DNA of 64,000 bases from Parvularia atlantis (Eukaryota): positions 1-64,000 of the forward strand of contig CALSCO010001326.1 of assembly GCA_943704415.1 (NCBI GenBank), written 5' to 3'. Shown piece by piece: positions 46,992 through 57,087 of the stretch. Position numbers and translations under genes: made by a program. The notes under the pieces are model-generated. The model was not told the DNA's origin. It saw nothing but the letters and a program-made list of their open reading frames with translations, and did no database searches. How positions within the stretch are numbered: the first letter of the stretch is position 1; each line of letters begins with the position of its first letter.

Positions 46992-49072
46992 ATGGCCCGC
47001 GACGACACCGAGGTCGACCGGCTGCTGCGCCAGGACGGCTTTGTGACGCCGGTGTTTGACCCGCAGCAGGAAGGTGCGCATGGGGCGCCCCCGTATCCCC
47101 GCTTCCCCGCGCGCATCTAGAGGCGAAGGACATCGCCGACTTCCAGCAGTTTGTGACACTGCGGCGCGGGCGCCTGCTGTCGGACCTGTTTGACGCCGGT
47201 GCGCGGCGCAGGCGCACGGCGGCGCGTGCGGGGCGCTGAGCACGGGCGCAGACTTCCTGCGCTTCTGCCGATGGCTGCGGCTCGAGGTGCACGGGCGCAT
47301 GGGCCTGTCGCTGTCCGCGTTCCGCGCCATCAACCGCCGCGAGGCGCTGCACGGTGCCCACTGCGGACGACACGCCGCGCTGCTGACGGACGGACGGACG
47401 CGAGCAGATATCGCGCTGCTCGCGCTCACGGCCGCCGCGCTCATCGTGCTGCGTGTCACGCTGCCGCCCTGGACCGAGTGGCTGTGGGGCCCCCCGATGC
47501 TGCTGCAGTGCGTCGCCGTCTATAGGCGCGAGTCGATGCTGCACGCGTGCGCGCCGTCCGGTCCGCGCTCGTCCGCGGCTGATGCGCCATGCGCAGCCGC
47601 ATGCACTACATCGCCAACATGACCGAGTGGCCCCTGCTCGACCGCGTCGTTGATGCCCTGATCATGGCTGTCCTCGGCATGTCCAAGGACGCCTTCTACC
47701 GGCGGCACATCGACGGTGCGCGCGACCGCGCGCGGGGCGTGTTGCGTGACCGCCGCCCCCGCGCAGAGCACCTGAGCCACGTGAGCAACATGGCCCGCGT
47801 CTTTGGCGAGGACTGGCAGGTGCGCGGTCCGCGGGCGCAAGGGCGCGCGGCCTTGCTCACACTGCTCCTTGCCAGCCGTTTGACGACCTCCCCGCCGTTT
47901 GGTGGCTCAAGCCGTGGCTGATGGTCTCGCTCCTGCTGGACGGCGAGCGCATGCGCAAGGAGCGCTTCTCCTACGGCCAGCGTGCGTCGCGCCTCGCGTG
48001 GCCCGCAAGCGCCCCTCACGGTCGGGTGTGCAGTGATCTACGAGTGCGTCGTGCTGCACGCGTACCTGGCCGCGGTCGCCACCGAGTTGTTCCTGTGGCG
48101 GTCGCACGTGCTCCTGCTGTACCACACGCTGCCGGCGGTGCTCGTGACGGGCGCGCGGCTCATGACCGGTGCGCGTGCACGCGTGTTGTGGGTGGCGTGC
48201 ACGTGCCTGATGCGGCGAGCGCGCAGGCATGCTCACGCACTCGGGCGTCGACGCGCGCAACTCGTTCAACAGCTGCGGCCTGTTTGACGCCGCGCGCGCC
48301 GATGGCCTCTTCCGCGTTGGGCTGACGCTGATCGAGTTTCTGAGCCACGCAGGTGTCAGGTGCGTGCACGCGCGTCGTGCCATGGCGGACCGCGGCTGAC
48401 ACGCGGCCGGGCCAGCGCCCACCCGATCCACCACGCCTACTCGCAGTGCCCCGTGCCCGTGCTGCTCCCGCGCGTCAAGGAGATCACCGAACACGCGCTA
48501 CGCACGTACCCAGACACGCGCCTCAACCGCGTACTGTCGCACGACGTCTACGCCGACCTGCTCGCGCGCCTCCCGCCGCCGCGCTGGTTCGACTACGTCG
48601 TGCAGTTTGGCGTGGCCTGCGCCGCCCTACTCCTCGCCACGCTCGTCATTCTCGGCCTGCCGTACCCGCCAATCCTGTTCGAGCTGGTGCGGTGAATGCG
48701 CGTGCGCCCCCCGCGTCTGCTCACGCGCTCGCGCGGCGAGCAGGCGTTTGTCGACTACCGGGTGTTCTTCGTGTCAACCAAGGCCGAGCGGTGCGCACGC
48801 GCGGTCAGGTGCGCGCAGCGCATCAGTCGGAGCCTCCCGCTCAGCCGCGAGCCGTGCGCAGCTACTGGGACTCGGTCGACCTGGTCGGGCGAGCCAAGCG
48901 CATGACGAGCAGCAACGGCTACCTGATCTACGTGCTCGCCAACTACCATCGCATGCGCACATACCTGCGCGAGCACCCGGAGCCCGTGCCGCGCCGGCTG
49001 TACGCGCCGCGCGCCGTCTACGACCACAACGTCGGCGCGGCATACGTCGACGCGTGGCTCGCAGGCGCCTGA
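46992..49072 (+). CDS. Membrane protein with His-boxes, fatty-acid desaturase/hydroxylase-like (divergent)
   Basis: Splicing gives HARMH, RRHIDEH, GMLTH and HPIHH, interleaved with hydrophobic segments. Confidence 0.6.
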
Positions 49073-49442
49073 ACCCCAATCTTTAAACTTGAACTTGGGC
49101 CCACAATAACAACCCGGTTTGTGCATGCACGCTCGCTGCATGGCAGTTCACAAAGAGCAGGATGACCATGCCCGCCGTCACCGCCGACAGACCGCCGATG
49201 GGCGACGTAAACATCGAACCGAGCACGGCCTGAATCGACTGCGGCACAAAGACAGACACGGCCCAGCTGCGCATGGAGTCAGCTCCAGCAGTCCGCGCCT
49301 GCCTGCGCCACATCGCCTGCTCGGCCCGAGCACGCTCCGCACGCCCCGCCCGCGCCCGCGCCCGCTTCGCACGTCTCGGCGGACATGTGCCCGGCGCCGG
49401 TTGTGTGTGACAGGCACTTCCGTGACAGCGGCATCGAGCGCG

Positions 49443-51384
49443 ATGGCCAACAGATGTGGCGGCGAGGTTGGCAACGGCGAAGACTACGTGCAGCTTGACG
49501 CGGCGGGTGTGTGCCGCGCTCGCGCCGCTGGCTGTGCGGCGGCTGACGGTGCGCGCCGCAGGCTGCCCGTTCTGCCTCGAAGCGCTGGATGAGGACGCGG
49601 GGCGGACGCCTTGCATGCACCCGATCTGCGCGGTGTGCGTGGACAAGACGACCGACGCGCGGCGCAAGTGCCTGTTCCTGCTCAACGAGCAGATCTACTG
49701 CCACGCCGATTTCACCCGCGCCGAGCTGCTCCTGCCGCGGCCCGCGCCGGCTTTGCTCGTGCTGTGCCAGTCGTGCGAGGAGGCGCCCGCAACGCACCGC
49801 TGCGAGACGTGCGGCGGCGAGTTCTGCGAAGACGAGGCCAAGACGCACCCGCGCGCCAAGACGACCAAGGGCCATGTCGTCAAGCGCAAGCCCGGCGTCG
49901 GCCCCGACATGCCGATGTGCTACACGCATCCAGGCAAGCTGGCAACGCTCTTCTGCGACAGATGCGATCAGATGGCCTGCAACGACTGCATCGCCGCGCC
50001 GCATGACGCCCACCCCTTCATCACCGTTGACAAGGGCCTCGAGAAGCAACGCGCGAACCTTGTCAAGCTCGCCGACGAGGTCTTGCCGCACGTCGAGCTC
50101 TGCGACAGCGGTCTGCGCGCGGTTGAGGTCAACATCGAGTTCTTGATCGAGCACAAGAACGCGAGCACGCGCACCGTGGCCGAGTACTTCGACGCCCTCA
50201 TCAGGCCGCTCGACACCAAGCTGACCGAGCTGCGCAGTCGCAAGTTCGAGCTGACGAAGGAGGTTGAGGATGCCGTGACCGCCGACATCAAGGCGCTGCT
50301 TGAGCAGAAGGACTCGCTCCTGCTGGCCAAGGACCACCTCGTGCGCGCGCATGATGGCGCGGCGACCGCGCCGGTCGGCAGCACGATGCACGACACGGTC
50401 ATGCGCGAGCAAATCATGGCGCGTCTGCGTGTGCTTAAGGCACGCGAGATCAACGCCGAGCCGGTTGTGTGCGTCACAACGGACGTGGCGTTCTCCGTGC
50501 CCAATCCGAGCATCGCGGACGTTCTCGACGTGGACGCATCAACTATGGGTGCGACCTGGCTGCGCGAGCTGCATGCGCGCAATTACTCGAGCATCGGCGC
50601 GCCGGCCAAGACACTGGGCACGGGAAAGGCCGGCGACCCGCCGCAGAACTTTTACTACCCGGTTGCAATCCAGTTCACGCCGCTGACCAGGCAACTCATC
50701 GTGGCCGAGCTGTGCAACAACGCCAGCGTTACCACGCTCTCTCGTGTGCAGTTCTTCAAGGAGGGCGTCTACGCGCGAAACCTCACTAACAGTCGCAAGG
50801 TCTACGGCATCGACATCGCGCCGACGGGCTCGATCTGGATGGCACTACAGGACGACAATGTGGTTGAGCTGGTGAATGCTACTACGGGTGCGCGTGAGCG
50901 GTCGATCAACTGCAGCCATGCTCGAACGATCGCCGTTCTCGACGACGGCTCCCTCCTGGTCGGCTGCTACAACTCAAGCACGGTCATACGCTTCAACGCC
51001 GACGGGTCGCAGCGCTGGTCTTCGCGCGGCAACGCCAACTTGGGCTATGTCACCGGTGTCGTCGCCATCGCCTCGTGGAACCTTGCCGTCTGCTGCGACA
51101 ATAAGAACAACCGTCTGCAGGTACTCGCGCTCGATACGGGCGCGTTTATCCGCGTCATCGCCGAGGGACAGGTAGCGGGGCCGAGCGGCCTGGCGTGGGA
51201 CAGTTGTGCGCGCGTGCTGGTCGTGGGCGAGAAGGACAAGGTCTCGGCCTGGACGCTCGAGGGCATCCGCGTGCACGTCTGGGCCCAGGGCCTCGTCTCG
51301 GACGCGCGCGGTGTGGCCATCTCGCCGCTGGACGGCACCATCGCCGTGACGAGCTTCAACTCGCACAAGGTTCTCCTGTTTTGA
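49443..51384 (+). CDS. TRIM-NHL-type protein (RING-like, two B-boxes, coiled coil, NHL beta-propeller)
   Basis: CPFC..CMHPICAVC; CQSCEEAPATHRCETC; CYTHPGKLATLFCDRCDQMACNDCIAAPHDAH; coiled coil; NHL-like FYYPVAI, VYGIDI, CDNKNNRLQV, GPSGLAWD, ARGVAIS. The start is uncertain. Confidence 0.82.
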
Positions 51385-51450
51385 CCCATCTCTGTCGTTT
51401 GAGCGCGCAATGAGAGTTCCACATGCGAGACACGCAGGGAGCGGGCGGGC

Positions 51451-51790
51451 TCAGATCTCCATCGTTGTGCGCTGGCGCGCTTCCCGCCGCGCGACCCAGA
51501 GCTGGCACAGCGAGAAGAAGAGGTAGGCGGCGTAGATGGCCGCAGCGATGTAGCAGGCCTGGGCTGTTGCGAGCGCGTCCTTGGGCACCTTGCCCTCGGG
51601 GCCCTCGGTCAGCTCGGGCAGCTCCGAGCCAAACGCCGCGCCGAGGCCGATCTAGTCACACGGGCGCACGCGGCGTGAGGGTGAGCAGGCAGGTCACGCG
51701 GTGCAACGGGCCGCTCACCAGGAAGATGATGCCGGCGATGCTGAAGATGACGCAGCAGGTCGCGCACGACGGCTTGCAGACGAGGTACAT
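51451..51790 (-). CDS. RNASEK: V-ATPase V0 subunit f / RNase kappa small 2-TM protein
   Basis: Two exons give MYLVCKPSCATCCVIFSIAGIIFL/IGLGAAFGSELPELTEGPEGKVPKDALATAQACYIAAAIYAAYLFFSLCQLWVARREARQRTTMEI*. Confidence 0.85.
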
Positions 51791-52127
51791 GGCCGCGGGG
51801 CGTGGAGGCGCGGCGCACGGCGGCCCTGCACTGCGCTGCGCGGCGCGTGAGCAGCGGCAGTTGGACGTCGACGCAGAGTGTGGCGTGGCGCGGGTGCCGG
51901 TGATCACCCGGCGCGGTCACGCGCGGCGCGGGTGCGTCACACACGCGGCGAGCACGTGCGCGCACACGGCACAGGCAGCGCGACGCGCGACGCGCGCGGC
52001 AGGGCAGTGGCAGAGGGCGCGCGAAGGCACCGAGCGGCAGCACGCAGAGGACGTTCACTCGGCAGAACTGCGCGGAGTCTTCGAGAGCGTTCTGGATATG
52101 GCGCCTTTTCGAGCAACTTCCACCAGC

Positions 52128-54558
52128 ATGGCCGCGGACGGGTGCGGCGCCTTCTCGCGTCCCGAGCGCGCGCGCCTCTGCCGTGCTGACGCGCCGCGCC
52201 GCCTCCCGCAGCAAGCTGTTTGTCGGGGGGATCAGCTGGGACACGACCGACGGTGCGCGCGCGTGCTGCCGGCCGGGCGGCGCGCTCAGGGGAGGCGGGG
52301 GAGGGGCGCTCACAACGACGCGCCGCGCCGGCAGAGACGCTCAAACAGTACTTCCTGCGCTACGGCGACGTCTTCGACGCGGTTGTCATGCGCGAGCCCG
52401 GCACTGGGCGCTCGCGCGGCTTCGGCTTCGTTACCTTCGTCGACCCGGCCTCGTGCGACCGCGTCCTGCGCGAGAAGCACGTCATTGACGGCAAGACGGT
52501 GGGCGAGCGCGCGCGCTCGTCGCACAACGCTCGGACGCTGACGGCCGGCCGCGCGCGCAGGTCGACCCGAAGCGCGCCGTGCCGCGCGACCAGATCGCCA
52601 CGCAGCCACACACGCGCGCGCCGGTGCCGGCCGTCGCGAGCGTCGGCGTCGGGCTCGCCAGCGGGAACGGCAGCGACTACGGGCCGACGGGCGGCGGGGC
52701 AGGAGGCGGAGGAGGGGGCGGCGGCGACGTTTACGCGCGCAAGATATTTGTGGGCGGCATCGCGCAGTCGACGACGGAGGACGTGCTGCGCGAGTATTTT
52801 GAGCAGGTGTGCTCTCGTGCGCTCTCGTGCGGCTGGTTGACTGAAGCGAGCGCACGCGCAGTACGGCGAGGTCGAGGAGGTGCTGCTCATGATCGACAAG
52901 GCGACGATGCGCACGCGCGGCTTCGCCTTTGTCACGTTCGACTCGGAGGACGCGGTCGAGCGCGCGGTCGAGCGGCGCATGCATGAGATAGACAACAAAC
53001 CCGTGCGTCTGAGCGCGCTCGCTCCAGCCGCTGCCATCGCGCTCACTCCGCATGCGCGCCAGAACGTCGAGGTCAAGCGCGCCGAGCCGAAGGGCTTCCG
53101 CTCCGTAAACAGCGGCGGCAGCGGCGGCGGGCAGCCCGTGCCGGCGGCCTGGCGCTCGAGCTTCGCGGTGCCGTACGTCGGCGACGGCGGGGGTGCGTGC
53201 TCGCCGGGCTGTGCCCTGTGCGGGGTGCTGGCGCAGGGTGCGGTTGGTTCGCGGTCGGGACGCACATTTATAGAGAAGGTCGCACTCTCACCGACGTGCG
53301 CACCTTGTGGACGTATGTGCAACAGCAGAGGGCTCGCTCTAGGCTCGTGCCTATCCCCTCGCGGGAACGGCGGCGCGGGTGTCCGGCGGGCCGCACAGCA
53401 GTTAACCCCTTCCCACCTCCGCTCACTCTCTCTGTGCCTGCCCTGTCGGTGGCTGACACGCGGGTGTGGGCACAGGACGCGGCTACGGCAGCCCCGGCGG
53501 CTATGGCGTGGTGCGCAGCCACGTGACGCGCGCACAATCGAGGCTGACGCGCGCGCCGCACGCAGCCGCCGACACAGTCGTCCTACGCGGTGCCGTACGG
53601 CGCGGGTGGGGCCGGTGTGGTGCCTCAGCGTGCTGCAAAGCGCGCAGGCCGGCTGACGCGCGCACGCAGGGTACGACTACGAGTCATCGTTCTACACCGT
53701 CGGCCCGGGCGCGCTCGGCGGCTTTGCCGGCGCGGCAGGCCTCGCCACCCGCCCGACGTCGAGCCTTGCCGTGCCGTACCAGGGCTACGGTGACCTCGGC
53801 TGGCCGTGGGCGTGGCCGTGGCTGATTGGCACGTACCACGCCGTCGCCGCAGCCGCATCGGCTGGGTTCGCACCGGGCTACGTCGCACCGGGCGCAGCGC
53901 CCTCGTACGCCGCTGCCTACGGTACGCGCACGCCTACATCGCCTGCGCTTGCTGCTGGCTGCTGACGCGTCGCGGGCGCAGACGCCAGTGCAGCGAGCGC
54001 GGCGCAGCTCAGCCCTGTGCCGCGCGTGCGAGGTGCGCGCTCGGTGCATCTTCGCGCGTTCTGCGCGTGACACCTGCCCGGCGCACAGCATTGCACGGCG
54101 CCATCGGCAGTGGGTACCAGGACCCCTACTACGGCAGCGCGGGCGCGTCCGACCTGGGGAGCGGCGAGTTTGACGAGCCGCAGGCGGGCGCGGTGCCGCG
54201 GGCGGCGGGCGAGTACGACGGTGCGCGCGAGGTGGCGGCTGTGCTGCGTCGCGGTCTCACTACTCCGCAGCCGACGAGTACAGCGACATCTACGCCGATA
54301 GCGACGCGGCCGACGCAGGAGGGGCAGCGGCGGCGGCGGCACCACCAGCACCCTACGGTGCGGTCGCATCCTTTCCCCTCCCGCTCGCGTACTACGTGCG
54401 CGTGCCGGGGACGGGCCTCATCGCGCTGCACCCCCCGCTCGCGCTCGTCAGCCCCGTCTCTGGCAGCCCGGGGCCCGTCGCCGCCTTCGGCGTCCCAGTC
54501 GGCGGCGCGGACGGCATCGGCGCGCTTCCAGCCCTACACGCGCCAGCCGAGTAGCTAG
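52128..54558 (+). CDS. Two-RRM RNA-binding protein (Musashi/DAZAP1/Hrp1-like)
   Basis: KLFVGGISWDTT, RSRGFGFVTF, VDPKRAVPR, KIFVGGI, RTRGFAFVTF, VEVKRAEPK, a Gly/Tyr-rich tail and C-terminal RFQPY (PY-NLS-like). Confidence 0.9.
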
Positions 54559-54580
54559 TGTTCATTATGTATATCGCAAG

Positions 54581-55069
54581 ATGGTACCTGTACACAGCCT
54601 GCCGTGTCGCATCCGACGCACCGGCGCCGCCGCCGTCGGCCGCTACTTCCGCGCGCGCGATACCGGGCCGGACGGCGCGTGGGCGGCACGCTTCCGTGGG
54701 CGCGCGCTCGTCGGCCGCCGCATGGCCGTGCCGCCGGGCTACGCCGGGCTCGTGCTGCGCGAGCGCTTGCTGCCGGGCCGCGGCCGCAAGCGCGCGGTGC
54801 ACGACGACGACGACGACGACGACGAGGCGCGCACTTGGGCCGCCGCGGCCGCGTTCGACGCGTTCGTGTGCTGGGAGCACGACACGGCGCCCCTGCGCGA
54901 CCATCCGCTGCTGCGCGTCGCAGAATGGACGGCGCTGGCTGCGGCGGTGCGGCCACCCATGCCCCGATCGGCCTGCTGACGCGCCCCGCGCCCGCCGCAG
55001 CTGCACGGCCGCGCCGACGTCGACTCGCGCAACGACCCGGCCGACGTCGCCGCCGCGTTCGCGCCGCCG
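54581..55069 (+). CDS. RNASEH2C: RNase H2 subunit C moiety (continues in frame into RNASEH2B after splicing)
   Basis: VHSLPCRI..GAAAVGRYF, ARFRGRALVG..VPPGYAGLVLRE, FDAFVCWEHD..P..D, EWTALAAA/LH. Intron 54947-55000. Confidence 0.9.
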
Positions 55070-56041
55070 ATGGACGGGCAGACGCAGTGGGTCGCGATCA
55101 AGCCCGGTGCGCGCAGCGCAGCACGACGCTTGGTATCGGCGCGTGCTGACGCGGGAAGAGCAGGGACCGGCCCTGCGCGCTCGTTCCGCCTGCCGCACCC
55201 GCGTACCGGGCGGCCCGCGCGCTTCTTCCTGCAGGACGACGACTGCACGCTGCTTGAGGCGCAGAGCGTTAGCACGCGCGAGCAGTCGTGGTTCGTGGGC
55301 GACTCGGTGCAGGAGGACGGGCGCCTCGTGCTGCTCACGCCGATGCACCCGGTCTTCCTCCTGATCGGCGCCCTCGCTCGCGCACGGCACCCGCCCTCGC
55401 GCCGCGAGCCCGCGGGCGACGGCGTGTTTGTGACGCTGGACCAGCTCCTAACCGACGCCGACACGGCCGAGCTGCGGCAGCTGCAGTCTGTGGCGCAGCT
55501 GGACGAGCTCGAGCGCGTGTGCGACGTCAAAAGCGTGCACGACATGGTCCTGTACCGGCTCAACGACGCCAAGCTGCTCGCGTGGCTCAAGGGTGCGCTC
55601 GCTCTTTGCAGGGGCTCGCTCCCGTCTGATGCCTGTGAGCGCACAGAGCGCGTGCAGGCCGTGGCCGCCGCGGTGACCAGCGCAGGCGTGCTCGAGCATC
55701 ACCCGACGGCCGGCACCCTCGAGCTCGCGCTCAACCTTGTGCTGTCGTACCTGGACGAGGCGTGGGCCGCGCGGCTGCAGGACGACGCCGACTACGCGAT
55801 GCTCGCGCCGCCGCCGCCCGCAGCCGCGCCCACAGCAGCGCCCGCCGTCGCGGCAGACGAGGCCGCACCCGACGAGGCGTCGCCGTCGCAGCCCGCGGCC
55901 AAGAAGCGGCGCCTGACGGGCAAGGTGCGTCTGCGCCACTGGCCTGTTGATGGTGCGCTGACCCTGCCCGCACAGGCGGCCGCTGCGGCGACGTCGGCCA
56001 AGGGCATGAAGCCGCTGTCGTCGTTCTTCAAGCCGGCGTGA
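55070..56041 (+). CDS. RNASEH2B: RNase H2 subunit B moiety with C-terminal PIP box
   Basis: LPHPRTG, SWFVGDSVQEDGRLVLLTPMHPVFLLI, FVTLDQLL, YRLNDAKLLAWLK, KGMKPLSSFF. Confidence 0.92.
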   Translation: MDGQTQWVAIKPGARSAARRLVSARADAGRAGTGPARSFRLPHPRTGRPARFFLQDDDCTLLEAQSVSTREQSWFVGDSVQEDGRLVLLTPMHPVFLLIGALARARHPPSRREPAGDGVFVTLDQLLTDADTAELRQLQSVAQLDELERVCDVKSVHDMVLYRLNDAKLLAWLKGALALCRGSLPSDACERTERVQAVAAAVTSAGVLEHHPTAGTLELALNLVLSYLDEAWAARLQDDADYAMLAPPPPAAAPTAAPAVAADEAAPDEASPSQPAAKKRRLTGKVRLRHWPVDGALTLPAQAAAAATSAKGMKPLSSFFKPA

Positions 56042-56090
56042 GCTTTTCGGCAAGAACTCTGTGTGTGTCAACAACGCAGCAGCAGCAGCT

Positions 56091-56899
56091 TCACTGCACC
56101 ACGCAGCCCGCCGACTTGGCCGGCTGCGGGTTGGACGCCTTCTCGATCTCGTTGAGGATGTCCTCGAAGATGGCGGCTGCGTGCGTGCGCGGGGCGTCAG
56201 GGCCGCGGGCCGCCAGACAGACACGAGCGAACGAGTACGCACTGATGTTTTGGTTGAGCTTGGCCGAGGCCTCGAGGTGGACGCAGTTCCACTCGGCCGC
56301 GAGCTTCTGCGCCTCCTCGGTGCGTACTTGCCTGTGTGCACGTTTGCGAGTGAGCGATGCGCGCCACAAAGCGAGCGTGCCGCACCGCTGGTGCTCGAGG
56401 TCGCACTTGTTGCCGACGAGGACGATGGGCACCCAGTTGGTCCCGGTCGAGTCGAGGATCTTCTCGCGGATGACCTTGCAGTTCTCGAGGCTGGACCGGG
56501 CCGTGATCGAGTACACGAGGATGTACCCGTGCACGCCCACGGCGTGCTTCGAGTTCATGAGCGAGTACTCGTCCTGGCCGCCGTCTCGGCGCTCAGTGGT
56601 GTGCGCGCGCGCTCACACGGCCCGCAACGACGCACCTGCCCGGCCGTGTCGATGATCTCCGTCTGGAACTCCTGCCCGCGGTACTTGATCACCTTCGTGA
56701 ACGTGTTCTCGATCGTCGGGTAGTACGAGTCGACAAAGTGGCTCTCCACAAACTGGATCGTCAGCGACGACTTGCCTGGTGGCGTCGCGGCGCCGCGGCG
56801 CCCGCCGTCAGGCAGCAGACGGCGGAGAGGCGACGGCGCGCGCGCACCGACGGCGCGGAAGCCGAGCACGGCGATGCGGCGAGTCTTGGGCGACGCCAT
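56091..56899 (-). CDS. RHEB: Rheb GTPase
   Basis: VLGFRAV/GKSSLT (Rheb-specific Arg in the G1 loop), YYPTIENTF, DTAGQ/DEYS, GNKCDL, EASAK and CAAX motif CVVQ. Confidence 0.96.
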
Positions 56900-57087
56900 G
56901 GCTGTGCGGCGCGGCGGGCGTCAGGCGCGGTAAGGGTCGGAGGACGGTCGGCAAGGCGCAGCTGTGGTCGCGCAGCGTGCCGCAGCACTAAAGTCCAAGT
57001 GAGCGGGGTATATACAGTGACCCGTCTCTGATCCGTTCCTTCTCTGGCACGCAGAAGCTAGTGCACACATCACGCGGGGGGGGCGCT

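Noticed and set aside
49083..49440. Hydrophobic minus-strand reading (VSVFVPQSIQAVLGSMFTSPIGGLSAVTAGMVILLFV) upstream of the TRIM gene
   Set aside because: No convincing start, splice structure or family motif. It cannot be distinguished from non-coding DNA.
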